The notes: generated by a model not told the origin, from the letters alone. DNA of 40,528 nucleotides from a virus (IMGVR_UViG_3300009434_001054:1-40528); one strand, 5' to 3'; positions 8,646 to 18,727 are shown, counted from the stretch's first letter. Program-made: numbers and translations.

Positions 8646-9697
8646 GTTGTATTCCCTATGGTCGGGAACTGATTAGCAGCAATTACAACATCTGCATTTA
8701 AAGTAATTTCAAAATCAATTTCACCCGCGGCTCGCGAAATCGCCTCACGTATATGTGATAACAATAACGTTGTAGCTGGCACGCCTTCCTGCCGAATTAA
8801 ATCAACAATTTCAGCTTCAATGGCTGCTTGTACTGCCGGCGTATTATTTGTTAACGCAGTAAAAACTAAATTCAGCGGTAACGCCGTAGGCGCTTCAACA
8901 GTCAGGCTACGCAAACCTGCGGGGCGTTCAATCTCAATATAATCAGAGACAGCAGTTAACACTGCTGCATTCGGTATCGGGTTAGCGAGGTCTTCAGTGA
9001 CAATACGCACAACTAACGAACCAACGCCGGTTTCATGCGCAAAAACAAATGCTCTCGTTACATCAACGTGCGCCTGTTTTGCCCATGCTAAGTAGTCACG
9101 ATCTTTACCGCCCATCGGGGGCGCTTGTAGCCGCTCTAAAAATCGGGCGCGTAATCTATCAAGTGGTTCTGCATCCGCGCCAGCAGCCATTAACACTACT
9201 GTTGCAGCTGAATCCACACCCGCAATCGCAGCAATAAAATTCAACGTTTCACCGGCATTAACATTGCTATCCGCTCCAGCCGCCATTGCTATTAGTTCAA
9301 CCGATGCGGTACCGGCCGTAATCGTCACATCACTCGTTACCCGGTATTGCAACTGTTTACGCTGCAATACAACGCCTGCGCTAATCACAGTGCCATTCGT
9401 GCCTGTTGCGGTTACCGTGCCCGACGCAAACGAAGCCACTAATCGCGTAATGCCTTTTTCGGCCGAGCGTCGAACTAATGTGTTCTCATCCATTTTCTCA
9501 ACAAAAAGCTGGTCAATTAACCATTGCTGATTTAGATATAAACCGTTAGCAACCGCAGACACGGCATTCGCCAGCTCGGTATAACCGGTACCCGGTGTTC
9601 GAGCATCAGCAACAATCCCAGCTTGCTGCGAGCGCAATTCAATATCGCTAATAATTTGCTCGCGCGTTTCTACTAATGTCGGTAAATTAAGCGGCAA
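8636..9697 (-). CDS. Baseplate J-like wedge protein (Mu gp47)
   Basis: ASGTVTATGTNG, GADAE..LRARFL...PPMGG...DY..WA motifs; gene order. Confidence 0.93.
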   Translation of the reverse strand: MPLNLPTLVETREQIISDIELRSQQAGIVADARTPGTGYTELANAVSAVANGLYLNQQWLIDQLFVEKMDENTLVRRSAEKGITRLVASFASGTVTATGTNGTVISAGVVLQRKQLQYRVTSDVTITAGTASVELIAMAAGADSNVNAGETLNFIAAIAGVDSAATVVLMAAGADAEPLDRLRARFLERLQAPPMGGKDRDYLAWAKQAHVDVTRAFVFAHETGVGSLVVRIVTEDLANPIPNAAVLTAVSDYIEIERPAGLRSLTVEAPTALPLNLVFTALTNNTPAVQAAIEAEIVDLIRQEGVPATTLLLSHIREAISRAAGEIDFEITLNADVVIAANQFPTIGNTTWP

Positions 9698-10133
9698 AAC
9701 TAAACACCTCGTTTACAGTATTGCGCGTACCGTCGGCACGCTCATATTTCACAGTGATATACATCTGCGCAGCAGCTCTAAAACCGGTGTCTATCACAAT
9801 CGATCGCGCGTACTCACCTATCAAGTGTGATAGTGAGTCTTCGCAATATTTTTTTGCTTTATCCCATGTTGCCGGGCTATTGGATTCTCTAACCAATAAC
9901 CACAGCTTTGAACCAAACGACCTATCATAAAAACCATCGGCCCAATGGCCACCCAAGTTGCTTTCAATTAAGCCGGCCTGTCTAACTTCTTCAACGCTGG
10001 CACGCGCATTCGTAAATAGCGTTCTATAAATCAATGCAGGCATAGGGTCATCACTCACGGGCAACTCACTGTCGAGTGGTGCCAAATCGCCAGTGCCCGT
10101 TGCTAAATTTAATCTATGTTCTAAAACACTCAT
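9687..10133 (-). CDS. Baseplate protein, Mu gp46 family
   Basis: LFTNARA, GHWAD and GSKLWLL.RE motifs. Confidence 0.9.
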   Translation of the reverse strand: MSVLEHRLNLATGTGDLAPLDSELPVSDDPMPALIYRTLFTNARASVEEVRQAGLIESNLGGHWADGFYDRSFGSKLWLLVRESNSPATWDKAKKYCEDSLSHLIGEYARSIVIDTGFRAAAQMYITVKYERADGTRNTVNEVFSFAA

Positions 10134-10651
10134 GAAACAGCTCCGCTATCTGACGTTCCTGCCTGCACATCTGAATGTGTATGCGTGCTATCAACCGGCT
10201 TACCAGCATTCATCATGCTGCCGTCAAACACACTGTCACCCTCAACATGTAAATCTTGTTTAACAAGCGTTTCAGGGGCATCTAAAACGACTCTTAAACT
10301 GGATTTAACTTCAATTTCACCACTATTTTTTAACTGCACATAATCGCCATTGGTGTTGTAAATTGCGCACTCACCTTGGGCTACTGTTAATCTGTATTGC
10401 TCGTTATGCGCCATTAATACAATCGTATGCGATCGATTACCGCCAAACGAGAGTAATAAATGTTCACTGCCATCGGGTGCATGCCCGGTAAAACCGAATG
10501 GCTCAATATGTTGTGCATCAAAAGGATCACCGTTGGCTCGTGGCTGTGTTTGCAATAAACGCAACTTCTCAACATAGCGCGAACGCGTCTGCACACTGCG
10601 TGTGTGCAAACGCCGTAACGAAAATAATATTTTGTTAAACATTGCTTTCAT
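10130..10651 (-). CDS. Baseplate spike, Mu gp45/gpV family
   Basis: EPFGFT, GGNRSH, GECAIY and C-terminal HTH metal-binding tip. Confidence 0.9.
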   Translation of the reverse strand: MKAMFNKILFSLRRLHTRSVQTRSRYVEKLRLLQTQPRANGDPFDAQHIEPFGFTGHAPDGSEHLLLSFGGNRSHTIVLMAHNEQYRLTVAQGECAIYNTNGDYVQLKNSGEIEVKSSLRVVLDAPETLVKQDLHVEGDSVFDGSMMNAGKPVDSTHTHSDVQAGTSDSGAVS

Positions 10652-10663
10652 AGTTAGCCTGAA

Positions 10664-11812
10664 TTAACCAAATAAGCCGCTGGCATCAGCGCTGGGTTCA
10701 GGTAGCGGCTCTAATGTAAACGCCTGCGCAGGCATCACCATTAACTCACTACGAACACCATTCGCATCAACTTTTAATACTGATTCAACAATCAATCTAT
10801 CGCCGCTAATACCCTGATATTCATCATCGACATAAACCAATTCGTTAGGACTCCAAACTAAACCGTCGGAATTTTTAGCACCTACGGTTGTATAAACTAC
10901 TTGCTGGCTGCGCCCTAAGTTCGTTCTTAACTGCCATTGCGCGCGCTGCGTGCAAGTCTCAATATCTGCGGGATCATCATTAAGCACGGTCATCGGTCGG
11001 TATCTAACGGTTTCATCTATCGCAATTCCGGCAGGGTGCGCAGCGGCATCAGGGGAGGAGAACAATCCGGCATCCTGATTACTTAAAACCGTATGAATGC
11101 TAAACCTCTCTTGATAGCTAAATTTCCCGCTCGCTTTTAAAATATTGTTACCCAACACCAACTCAGAAGTGCTTGGTGCAAGGTTTGCGCGCGTCAATAA
11201 CAATTTACCGTCGGGCGATTCCATTAATCGCACCGCCCGCACGCGGGCCATTTGCTCTAAAAAATCAAAGGGCGTCTGGCCTTCATCAATTTTTTGTTCA
11301 TTTAAAAACGGTTGAGTGCTGTCTGCTAAATCCACCACATCAATACCAAACGGTTTACATATCTGCTGAGCTATTTGCAGCAAGCTCTGTTCTTTAAACG
11401 ACTGATTAACGACCGTGCTATCAACTAGGTCTTGCGTTTTTGAGCGTCCTGTAATTTTTAAAAACTGGCTTTTAGCATTGTATTCAGGTGCCTTATGGTC
11501 AATGTAACCCGTACTAATCAACTCATCGTCAAACAATAATCGTATTGCGTCACCGGCTCGAATATCGCGATGCGTATCAGTGCGCCACGAATTCGCCACG
11601 GTTAATGAATAAACATGGTTAACACGCTCCATCGATCGGCTAACCGTTACATCTTGCCAGCCGGTATAAATTTTATTATCGATTTCTAACGAAAAACCAC
11701 TCATGTTTTGCATCCCCGCACTGTGTGATTGAGCCACGCCAAATGCCATAAATAATCCGACGACTAATAAAAACAAACTTGGTTTATGCAGCCTAAAAAT
11801 ATTCTCTATCAT
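10664..11812 (-). CDS. Baseplate hub protein (Mu gpP/gp44); conserved domain starts near 11704
   Basis: GWQDVTVSRSME, GRSKTQDLVDS and ERFS motifs; two candidate starts, 11812 (GGAG RBS) and 11704. Confidence 0.9.
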   Translation of the reverse strand: MIENIFRLHKPSLFLLVVGLFMAFGVAQSHSAGMQNMSGFSLEIDNKIYTGWQDVTVSRSMERVNHVYSLTVANSWRTDTHRDIRAGDAIRLLFDDELISTGYIDHKAPEYNAKSQFLKITGRSKTQDLVDSTVVNQSFKEQSLLQIAQQICKPFGIDVVDLADSTQPFLNEQKIDEGQTPFDFLEQMARVRAVRLMESPDGKLLLTRANLAPSTSELVLGNNILKASGKFSYQERFSIHTVLSNQDAGLFSSPDAAAHPAGIAIDETVRYRPMTVLNDDPADIETCTQRAQWQLRTNLGRSQQVVYTTVGAKNSDGLVWSPNELVYVDDEYQGISGDRLIVESVLKVDANGVRSELMVMPAQAFTLEPLPEPSADASGLFG

Positions 11813-11826
11813 GATGCTCTCCAATA

Positions 11827-13056
11827 TTAAGCAGCCGTTTTAAGCACTTCTAACCGCGTCCCAGCTTCAATGTGCAGCGGCTGGGATAATAAATTGCGAG
11901 TAAAAATATCCTCGGTATGACTGATATCACCGTATAAAATATGAGAAATAACTAACGCAGGTAGTGCGTTCTGATAGTGCACAACCGATACGCGCGGCAA
12001 ACTCACGCCGTGCTTATCTAAATGCACTGCAAAGGTAATTCGTAGTTCAGTTAAAGCGGCAAACATCAATTGATCAGCAGTCTCGCTAATCGTATCGATC
12101 GTGGTAATCAAATCATCACGCAACACAACTGCACTGTCATAACTATCGAAGGGACTACTAACAGCATCAGCATTAACATTGCGGCTTTGCTGCGCAACAA
12201 AACGAATCGCCTCAACAGTCGCAATGGTTTTTATAGTGTCAATTAATGCGGTTTGGTTTTGCGCTTCTTGCACGCGTGTTGGTGTTATACCTGTTACAGG
12301 GGAAATCGCATTAAAACTATCAGACGAACTACGATAAGCACTCATAGCGTCGCTCACAGTAGAGAACGATGAATAAACCGATTTATAAACACCGGTTATT
12401 GCGCTAACAAATTCCCGCGGCTTATTAATTAGCTCAACAAAGTTATCGGTAATCGAATCGATCTGTTGTTGTATCTCACTAATTGGCGCTATTGCAGCAT
12501 CTAATGATGCATTAATTGAACGTATTTTATTAAGCCCGCTGCTAACAACGGTTTGCGCTCTCTCAATTAAATCACCTGTCGTTAATTTAACGCGTTTCAC
12601 TAAATTATCAGCAATCGCAGGCGCCGTACTTAACGCAGCAGCGTCAACACGTTGTTGTGTTTGCTCATTAACGGTTGGTTGAGCTGGCGCAGCAGGCGGG
12701 TGAAACATTAGCGTAATTACTTCGCGGCCGCCCTTGGTTGACCAGCGGCAAGCACCCGGCTGGACAGTGATATCACCGAGCCGCGGGTGAATAAGCTGGC
12801 CATTTCCAGACTTATTTAGCTCATCAAAAAGCGCTTGGCGCTGTTCAGATAATGATATGTCATCGTTTATATCATCAATTAAAAAGCCGGTAACTCGCAG
12901 AGCTTTATGTTCTGCGCCGAGGTCATCAATCCATGCATCGTCGCGATACGGAAACTGGCTAACAGGTACCCGGCGGCCAAATGGCATATCGCTACTGCTA
13001 ACGAAAAATTTAACGCCGTTGTAGCTGGCCGGTGATAAATCATCTAACCAGCTCAT
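11827..13056 (-). CDS. DNA circularization protein (Mu gpN/gp43)
   Basis: MSWLDDLSPASYNGVKF, FPYRD...DDLG, GQLIHPRLG and C-terminal PALVISHILYGD. Confidence 0.93.
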   Translation of the reverse strand: MSWLDDLSPASYNGVKFFVSSSDMPFGRRVPVSQFPYRDDAWIDDLGAEHKALRVTGFLIDDINDDISLSEQRQALFDELNKSGNGQLIHPRLGDITVQPGACRWSTKGGREVITLMFHPPAAPAQPTVNEQTQQRVDAAALSTAPAIADNLVKRVKLTTGDLIERAQTVVSSGLNKIRSINASLDAAIAPISEIQQQIDSITDNFVELINKPREFVSAITGVYKSVYSSFSTVSDAMSAYRSSSDSFNAISPVTGITPTRVQEAQNQTALIDTIKTIATVEAIRFVAQQSRNVNADAVSSPFDSYDSAVVLRDDLITTIDTISETADQLMFAALTELRITFAVHLDKHGVSLPRVSVVHYQNALPALVISHILYGDISHTEDIFTRNLLSQPLHIEAGTRLEVLKTAA

Positions 13057-14873
13057 TATTGTGTACTCATATTAGAGCCACTCAGCTCTATGTTTGCATC
13101 AGTGTTTGTCGAATTAATTCTGACCAAGCGTGACAGCTCAGGTGAAACATCTAACTCAATTTTTGTAGTTGCAGAATCGCGATCGGCTAATTGCACTTTG
13201 CTGTCAGCAACCAGAAAATCAATTAATCCGCTCGCCGTTAATGCTTTGTCTATGCCTCGACCAGTCGCTTTATTTTGTATTAAATGATGGTTAATTAAAT
13301 TACCGATCTCAAACGCAATCAAACCTGCACCGACCACTTGAAGCGAAGCACCACCAAGCACGCCTGCTTTTGAACCAAATCGCGCCAACTTACTTGCTTT
13401 AGCACCTGCACCAGCTGCACCAGCACCGGCTGCGCCTGCTACGCCAGAACCAGCCGCGGCTGCACCTGCGCCAACACCAGCCGCGGTACCTGTTTTAGAG
13501 CCTAGCTGCTTACGCATACCGCCCGCCATATTGACAACATAAACAGGGATAGGCCCAGCAGCAGCACCCGCGGCCGAATTTAAACCGCCACTACGCTTAC
13601 TAAACGCACTCAGTTTTTGCCCGGCTCGCAAAGTTTTATACGCAACAAGAGCAATGCCAATCGCTTTAGCCCATTCTTTAGTTGTTTCAAAAATTTCTTG
13701 TAATTCGCTGTCATCAAGTTTATTAATCGCCTCAGCTAAATCTACTATTGGCTTTGATAAATTGATATCTGCAAATCGGCCAGCGGCATTACTTAGTGTT
13801 TGAATCGCCGCTTTAGCGGTACCTGCATTACGAGCAGCATCAATTAGTAACTGCGATCCGTCACCAGTAACGTTCATAAATTCATCTAATGATGGCAGGC
13901 CGCCAGTAGCTTTAAACTCTAGTGCAAACGCGTTTGCAGCACGCAATGCGCGAGTATCAAAAATCTGGGCTAGCATTTCAGGATCGGCTTTTGTGAGCTT
14001 TAATATATCTAAAACAATATTACCGACGGGACGTGCCATTTTATTGCCGAGCTTTAACTGTTCTGGATCCCAAATTTGAATACCAGCATCACCTAACAAT
14101 CCAGCTTTTTCAGACGTTAATGTTGAAATTAATCGTGAGAACGCTGTTGCCGCTTCAGCAGCTGACGGAGTCGATCGTCTAACAATTTGCAATAGCGCTA
14201 ACATTTCTTGCGCTGCAACTTTTCCTGTTCTGCCTGTCGCCGCATAAGCGGTAGCGACTGTGTTACCTTCGGTCGCTAAATTACGCAGCTCAAATGCACC
14301 GTCTTTACCAAGTTTTGCAGCAATATCAAGCAGTGATAATATTTCGTCAGGATCATTAACACGAAATTTTTCATAGAAGTTAGCAATGAGCGCTCCAGCA
14401 TCTTCACCCGATGCACCCGTAGCTCGAATGACTAAACCGAGTGTACGCAAATTTTCGATGCCTACCTCAACAGCACCGGTTTGCGCATTAATTTTTGCTA
14501 TACCGTCAGATAATTGGGTAGGGTTAACTCTAATATCTGCTGCATTCGCAACATCAAAAAGCTGTTGTTTTAATTTTGCTAAGTCCTTGTCAGTAATATC
14601 GGCATCAACAGCTAGCTGCATGAGCGTTGCATCAAAATCAACAACTCGTTTACTCGCTGCAACAATCGCACCGCCGGTGGCTAATGCTACCCATCTATTC
14701 AATAAACGATTAACTTGTTTGTCAGCAACAGCAGCAGAACGCTGCACAATCGACAAATGCCGTTTACCATTGCGGCTAAATGATTTTAACGCATCCTCAC
14801 TTTTACCTAACCCGGTAGCAAAATTGCCACCGAAGTTGAGCATAAGCGAAGCATTTAGCGTTTGATCAGTCAT
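13056..14873 (-). CDS. Tail tape measure protein
   Basis: 605-aa Ala/Gly-rich helical protein; GKDGAFELRNLA and PVYVVNM motifs; lies between chaperone and gpN. Confidence 0.92.
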   Translation of the reverse strand: MTDQTLNASLMLNFGGNFATGLGKSEDALKSFSRNGKRHLSIVQRSAAVADKQVNRLLNRWVALATGGAIVAASKRVVDFDATLMQLAVDADITDKDLAKLKQQLFDVANAADIRVNPTQLSDGIAKINAQTGAVEVGIENLRTLGLVIRATGASGEDAGALIANFYEKFRVNDPDEILSLLDIAAKLGKDGAFELRNLATEGNTVATAYAATGRTGKVAAQEMLALLQIVRRSTPSAAEAATAFSRLISTLTSEKAGLLGDAGIQIWDPEQLKLGNKMARPVGNIVLDILKLTKADPEMLAQIFDTRALRAANAFALEFKATGGLPSLDEFMNVTGDGSQLLIDAARNAGTAKAAIQTLSNAAGRFADINLSKPIVDLAEAINKLDDSELQEIFETTKEWAKAIGIALVAYKTLRAGQKLSAFSKRSGGLNSAAGAAAGPIPVYVVNMAGGMRKQLGSKTGTAAGVGAGAAAAGSGVAGAAGAGAAGAGAKASKLARFGSKAGVLGGASLQVVGAGLIAFEIGNLINHHLIQNKATGRGIDKALTASGLIDFLVADSKVQLADRDSATTKIELDVSPELSRLVRINSTNTDANIELSGSNMSTQ

Positions 14874-15013
14874 CAGAGCTGCCGTCTAGTAGATACTCAA
14901 TTAATTGTCGTTGGTTCATTGCTAAAAAGTGGTGCCGAGGAATGCTTGAAAAGCGACTTAATCTATTCGTTATCCAGCGTAGCCTGTTGGCCAGCTGGAT
15001 CTGAGCGCCCCCG
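14866..15013 (-). CDS. -2 frameshift extension of the tail chaperone (G-T type fusion)
   Basis: CGG GGG CGC at 15013-15005; -2 frame open for 47 codons (GAQIQLANRLRW...LLDGSSDD) ending in the tape measure start; -1 frame closes after 12 codons. Confidence 0.8.
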
Positions 15014-15376
15014 TTGCGCTACCGCCAAGAGCGCGGTTTCAAATTCATCCATTTTTTGCATCATTAAATTGATATCGTCGCGGCTCAGTTTTTCCCAAAT
15101 CTCATCAGGAATCGGCGCAGTAAATTCACCAATTTGTTTAACCGATGCTTTTAAAACCGACATTGACATTAGCGCGGGGCTGCTAATTAATTGCGGGTCT
15201 AAAATAGGGTTACCGCTTTCATCAGTACCAACCGGCACCATCAATATCTTTTCAGCATCCGTTAAACAATTAAGATATTCCAACCCATTCAAGCTGCGAA
15301 TAATGCATGTTGTCTGTCGGTCATCACCAACCGACAGCCCCTTGGGCAAATCAAACGATGTTGTTTGGTTCATCAT
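14963..15376 (-). CDS. Tail assembly chaperone (Mu gp41-like)
   Basis: Between tube and tape measure; ends ...QRGR at a CGGGGGCG slippery site. Confidence 0.85.
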   Translation of the reverse strand: MMNQTTSFDLPKGLSVGDDRQTTCIIRSLNGLEYLNCLTDAEKILMVPVGTDESGNPILDPQLISSPALMSMSVLKASVKQIGEFTAPIPDEIWEKLSRDDINLMMQKMDEFETALLAVAQRGRSDPAGQQATLDNE

Positions 15377-15729
15377 TAAGCCGACACTTCTTGTGCGCGA
15401 GTAATAGCCGCGTACTCTAACGATACCTGACCGCTCGCTAGGGGCGTTTCACTGACACAACGCGCATTTTGCATTGCATAAGTTGTGCCGCTTTCTGTCG
15501 TAATCGTAATCGTGCCGCGAAAGCTACGCAGAGAATTAACCGCAATGTTCGTTGTTTTGAGCACTTTAGTGCTTAAGCGTGCACCCTTGTTTTGTGAACT
15601 AAACCCTGCATCACCGGCATCATCTTCTTCAATCGCATTCACAACACCGCCCGGATCAAAACTGTTATCAGCGGTGTGTAAGCGACCAAAGCCCTGAAAG
15701 TCGATGAATAAAACCTTTTCGATGTCCAT
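15376..15729 (-). CDS. Tail tube protein (Mu gpM-like)
   Basis: 117 aa, beta-rich, directly downstream of the sheath gene. Confidence 0.8.
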   Translation of the reverse strand: MDIEKVLFIDFQGFGRLHTADNSFDPGGVVNAIEEDDAGDAGFSSQNKGARLSTKVLKTTNIAVNSLRSFRGTITITTESGTTYAMQNARCVSETPLASGQVSLEYAAITRAQEVSA

Positions 15730-15790
15730 CTTTTTATCCTCAATAAATAACGCGTATTTAATGCAACAGCACTAGTACAAAATCAATCAA

Positions 15791-17275
15791 TCAATTACTT
15801 TTTTCGCTGCGTATATAAACTTGCTCAAAACCGTCAGCAAATTTCGGGTTATCAATAATTTCTAAACGTGAACCGTTTTTAATCACTAATGGTTTGAAAT
15901 CCTCAGCACGCTCGCATCGGCCGCGCAGTCCAATCTGAACATCGACATACCAACCCTTTAATAAAATTTCTGCTTTTTTAGGCGTCATAATTGCTTGGCC
16001 AGCCGGTAAATTAGGGCTGTCTTCAGACAACTTGTCGCGGACATGAGGAGCAAATAGAATTTTTTGATCAAATCTATAATCTTCATATTGCTCAGGCGCA
16101 TTAATACTTAACATTGAATCATCAGGTAAACCCAGCGCAGTTTCTTGACGCGTAGTGATTTGCTTGCTAATCATTACCGTGCCGTCGCTAGCAACATCAA
16201 ACGTAGATATGCCATCAAACAACAATAAATTTTGCTGTATCTTGGTAAAGATATTTTGTTTTTTCGGCGCGACAATGCCAATTAACGGCAACGTGCGTAA
16301 CGGACGGCTAGAGTCCTTAGCTAACGAATTGCCTGCGGCAACCGCATTAGCAGCAGACCAAATATAAGACGGCTGTGCAGCGAGGCTAGTACCCATACAC
16401 GTGATATGTTCACTATTTAATGTGTCGCCAAATGCAGCAGCTTGGCCGTTAGTGCCTCTATACGCAGTAAAAGCACGTGCGCCAATGGCTTGCACTGGGC
16501 CAAAGCGCTCATCAAGTTCCGTTTTTAGCGCCGTTAAATTTGCAGTGTCGGTATAAGGCATCGCAATCCAGCGATACCATTCATCACCCATTGCAGCAAA
16601 AGTATTAACAAGCCCGGGGTTAGTTGCACCGCCAGCTAATTGATAACTGCCATTGGCATTAACGGTTACACCCGCAGCGGTGGTGCCGGCGTATTCAATA
16701 TTAACGATTAAGTCGTTAGGTACTTCACCGTTATGTTTTGCGGTAAACACTAACTGCTCAGGCGCTCCACCAACAGCCGCGGTTAACGGCAATGCTTCAT
16801 TCGCTGTAATTGCTGCGGCTAACGCGGCAACAATGGTGGCACTGGTATCGCCGTTCAGCACACCAATGCGTATCTCAAAACCCGCAATATCAGCAATAAA
16901 TAAACCGTTATCTGTCATCGTGCCAGCAAACGTTGCTGTCGCTGTCGCTTTTACGCCGCCACTGCCAACATCAACATCAGCCTGCGCGCAAGCCCAGACC
17001 TCTTGCTCTGGGTTACCTAAAAACACAATGTTAATCATTTCTGAAATCATTGACCCCCGACCAAATAACACATCGCCCTCACTAGCCGCGGTAAGGCGAT
17101 ACATGGTTTCAGGTGCGGCCGCACCGGCATTGCCGCCGGTTGTTAGCATTTGTCCCAATACCAACAACTTAGGAATATAGGTTCCGCTATTGGCTTTACT
17201 TGGATCGAGTTCAAAATAAAAACCCGGTACACGAAAATTGCTAGGGATATTGTTAAACGTGAATACCGTATCCAT
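15791..17275 (-). CDS. Contractile tail sheath protein (Mu gpL-like)
   Basis: FNNIPSNFRVPGFYFELD.S.A, LFGRGSM, GGATNP, RPLRTL and LLFDGISTF motifs. Confidence 0.95.
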   Translation of the reverse strand: MDTVFTFNNIPSNFRVPGFYFELDPSKANSGTYIPKLLVLGQMLTTGGNAGAAAPETMYRLTAASEGDVLFGRGSMISEMINIVFLGNPEQEVWACAQADVDVGSGGVKATATATFAGTMTDNGLFIADIAGFEIRIGVLNGDTSATIVAALAAAITANEALPLTAAVGGAPEQLVFTAKHNGEVPNDLIVNIEYAGTTAAGVTVNANGSYQLAGGATNPGLVNTFAAMGDEWYRWIAMPYTDTANLTALKTELDERFGPVQAIGARAFTAYRGTNGQAAAFGDTLNSEHITCMGTSLAAQPSYIWSAANAVAAGNSLAKDSSRPLRTLPLIGIVAPKKQNIFTKIQQNLLLFDGISTFDVASDGTVMISKQITTRQETALGLPDDSMLSINAPEQYEDYRFDQKILFAPHVRDKLSEDSPNLPAGQAIMTPKKAEILLKGWYVDVQIGLRGRCERAEDFKPLVIKNGSRLEIIDNPKFADGFEQVYIRSEKSN

Positions 17276-17339
17276 TTTCACCTCTGTCTGTTTGAGCTAA
17301 CGCTCGTTACTCAATAAAAAATTTAGCTAACAGTTACTA

Positions 17340-17534
17340 TTAACTGACCTTTGGTTTTTTTGCGACTAAATCGCCATCACGAATCATGCGAGCGATCGCC
17401 GGTGTAATAAATAAATTTTCACCGTTTTGATCGATGCGCCGTGTCGTTAATGGATGCCGCGGAGCAGTACCTGGAGCAGGATATAAACGCGTTGTTTTCA
17501 CTGCTTTCACTGCCTTAACTTTCTTAGTCATCAT
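17340..17534 (-). CDS. Small pre-sheath protein (Mu gp38/DUF2635-like)
   Basis: PAPG...RHP.T...GE...R.IRDGDL pattern; position just before the sheath. Confidence 0.75.
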   Translation of the reverse strand: MMTKKVKAVKAVKTTRLYPAPGTAPRHPLTTRRIDQNGENLFITPAIARMIRDGDLVAKKPKVS

Positions 17535-17552
17535 CGCTCCTTAAGCAATTTA

Positions 17553-18152
17553 TTAATCGTGATCAACCTGTGTAGACATAACCGGTGGATCCGTTTGTAA
17601 GTCAACCGTGGCCGGTGTTAATTCTGGTAAAATCGTATCGCCGTCCCAGCCATCAAAATCTTCAAGGTTAAACGGAACATCGCTATTTAATGCAATGTAA
17701 TGCCACCACTGAACCCTCCAAAACGACAATCGACTATTGTCAACAGTGGCTGTTAACATCGGCTCGCATGAGCGATTAAACGCCGGTGTTACATAGTTTA
17801 AATTCCAATCTTGCCGGTGTAACAACTGCATCACTGTTTCAGCTGAATCACGTGCTAGAGCATTTGATTGCGTTCTAGCGCTGGCATGTTTCGCAACACA
17901 TACAGCAATCATTCGCGTTGCATAAATCGATGAACCGTATTCGCTTTGCAACAACGCGACATCTAACGCGTTGCCTCTGTCATCTTTTGCGCCCAAGCAG
18001 CCAATAAAAATTGCCTGACTCGAAAACTTTTCATTCGCAATGGCAGAAGCAGTAAATTGGCCGGCATGCTCTTTAATAGATCGACCGGCGATATCTGGTA
18101 TCTGCGATATCAATGTGTTCGTTACTGCTGATGTCAGGCCGTTTAAACTCAT
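17553..18152 (-). CDS. Probable tail terminator/completion protein (Mu gp37-like)
   Basis: Position between gpG-like and gp38-like genes; HAGQF motif. Confidence 0.6.
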   Translation of the reverse strand: MSLNGLTSAVTNTLISQIPDIAGRSIKEHAGQFTASAIANEKFSSQAIFIGCLGAKDDRGNALDVALLQSEYGSSIYATRMIAVCVAKHASARTQSNALARDSAETVMQLLHRQDWNLNYVTPAFNRSCEPMLTATVDNSRLSFWRVQWWHYIALNSDVPFNLEDFDGWDGDTILPELTPATVDLQTDPPVMSTQVDHD

Positions 18153-18153
18153 G

Positions 18154-18591
18154 TTAATTACCTTTTAAAGCCTGTTCATACGCATCAGTAACCATCTCGC
18201 CAATTTCGGTTTCTAAACTGTCGTTTAAACCTAAAAACGGCCGCGCTTCAATTTCAACCGAGTTGTTGCGTCCTGCATTGCCGCCAAATTGATGTATTGC
18301 TGCATAAACTAATGCGCTGCCAATTTCTACACCATCAGAACTAGCTAAATAAACAATCGAATCGCGCAAATGACCAAAGTCTTGTAACGTTTTACCGCCG
18401 TCTGCTGCGCGCTGGCTTTGTGTCCACTTTTCACCTGTCGGTGATTGCTCCTTCTCAAAATTAAATAATGTTTCTTCTAACAGCAACTCACCAATATCTT
18501 CTGCTAGCTGCTGCTTATCGATATCGGACAATGCATTAAGCGCTCGCGTTGGCTGCGCTAAATCTAAATCGTATTCAATCTTAAGGCCCAT
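18154..18591 (-). CDS. Virion morphogenesis protein (Mu gpG family)
   Basis: F..EQSPTGEKW, L.DFGHLRDSI, YAAIHQFGG and IEARPFLG motifs. Confidence 0.93.
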   Translation of the reverse strand: MGLKIEYDLDLAQPTRALNALSDIDKQQLAEDIGELLLEETLFNFEKEQSPTGEKWTQSQRAADGGKTLQDFGHLRDSIVYLASSDGVEIGSALVYAAIHQFGGNAGRNNSVEIEARPFLGLNDSLETEIGEMVTDAYEQALKGN

Positions 18592-18727
18592 AAACGTTCC
18601 ACATGAAACAAATGCGCTTGTCGGTCGGCACGCCCCCGACGCTTATCACCTCAGCGATTTTGCATCAACCAGCAAGGAGGGCTGAGGCTAAGCAGCGGAT
18701 GTTTTAAGCCACAGTCCGCTGGGCCGC

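Noticed and set aside
14386-17180. Long plus-strand ORFs (14386-14865, 14862-15404, 16653-17180)
   Set aside because: Antisense to well-supported tail genes with no motifs of their own; the same applies to other shadow ORFs such as 21292-21771 and 39324-39794
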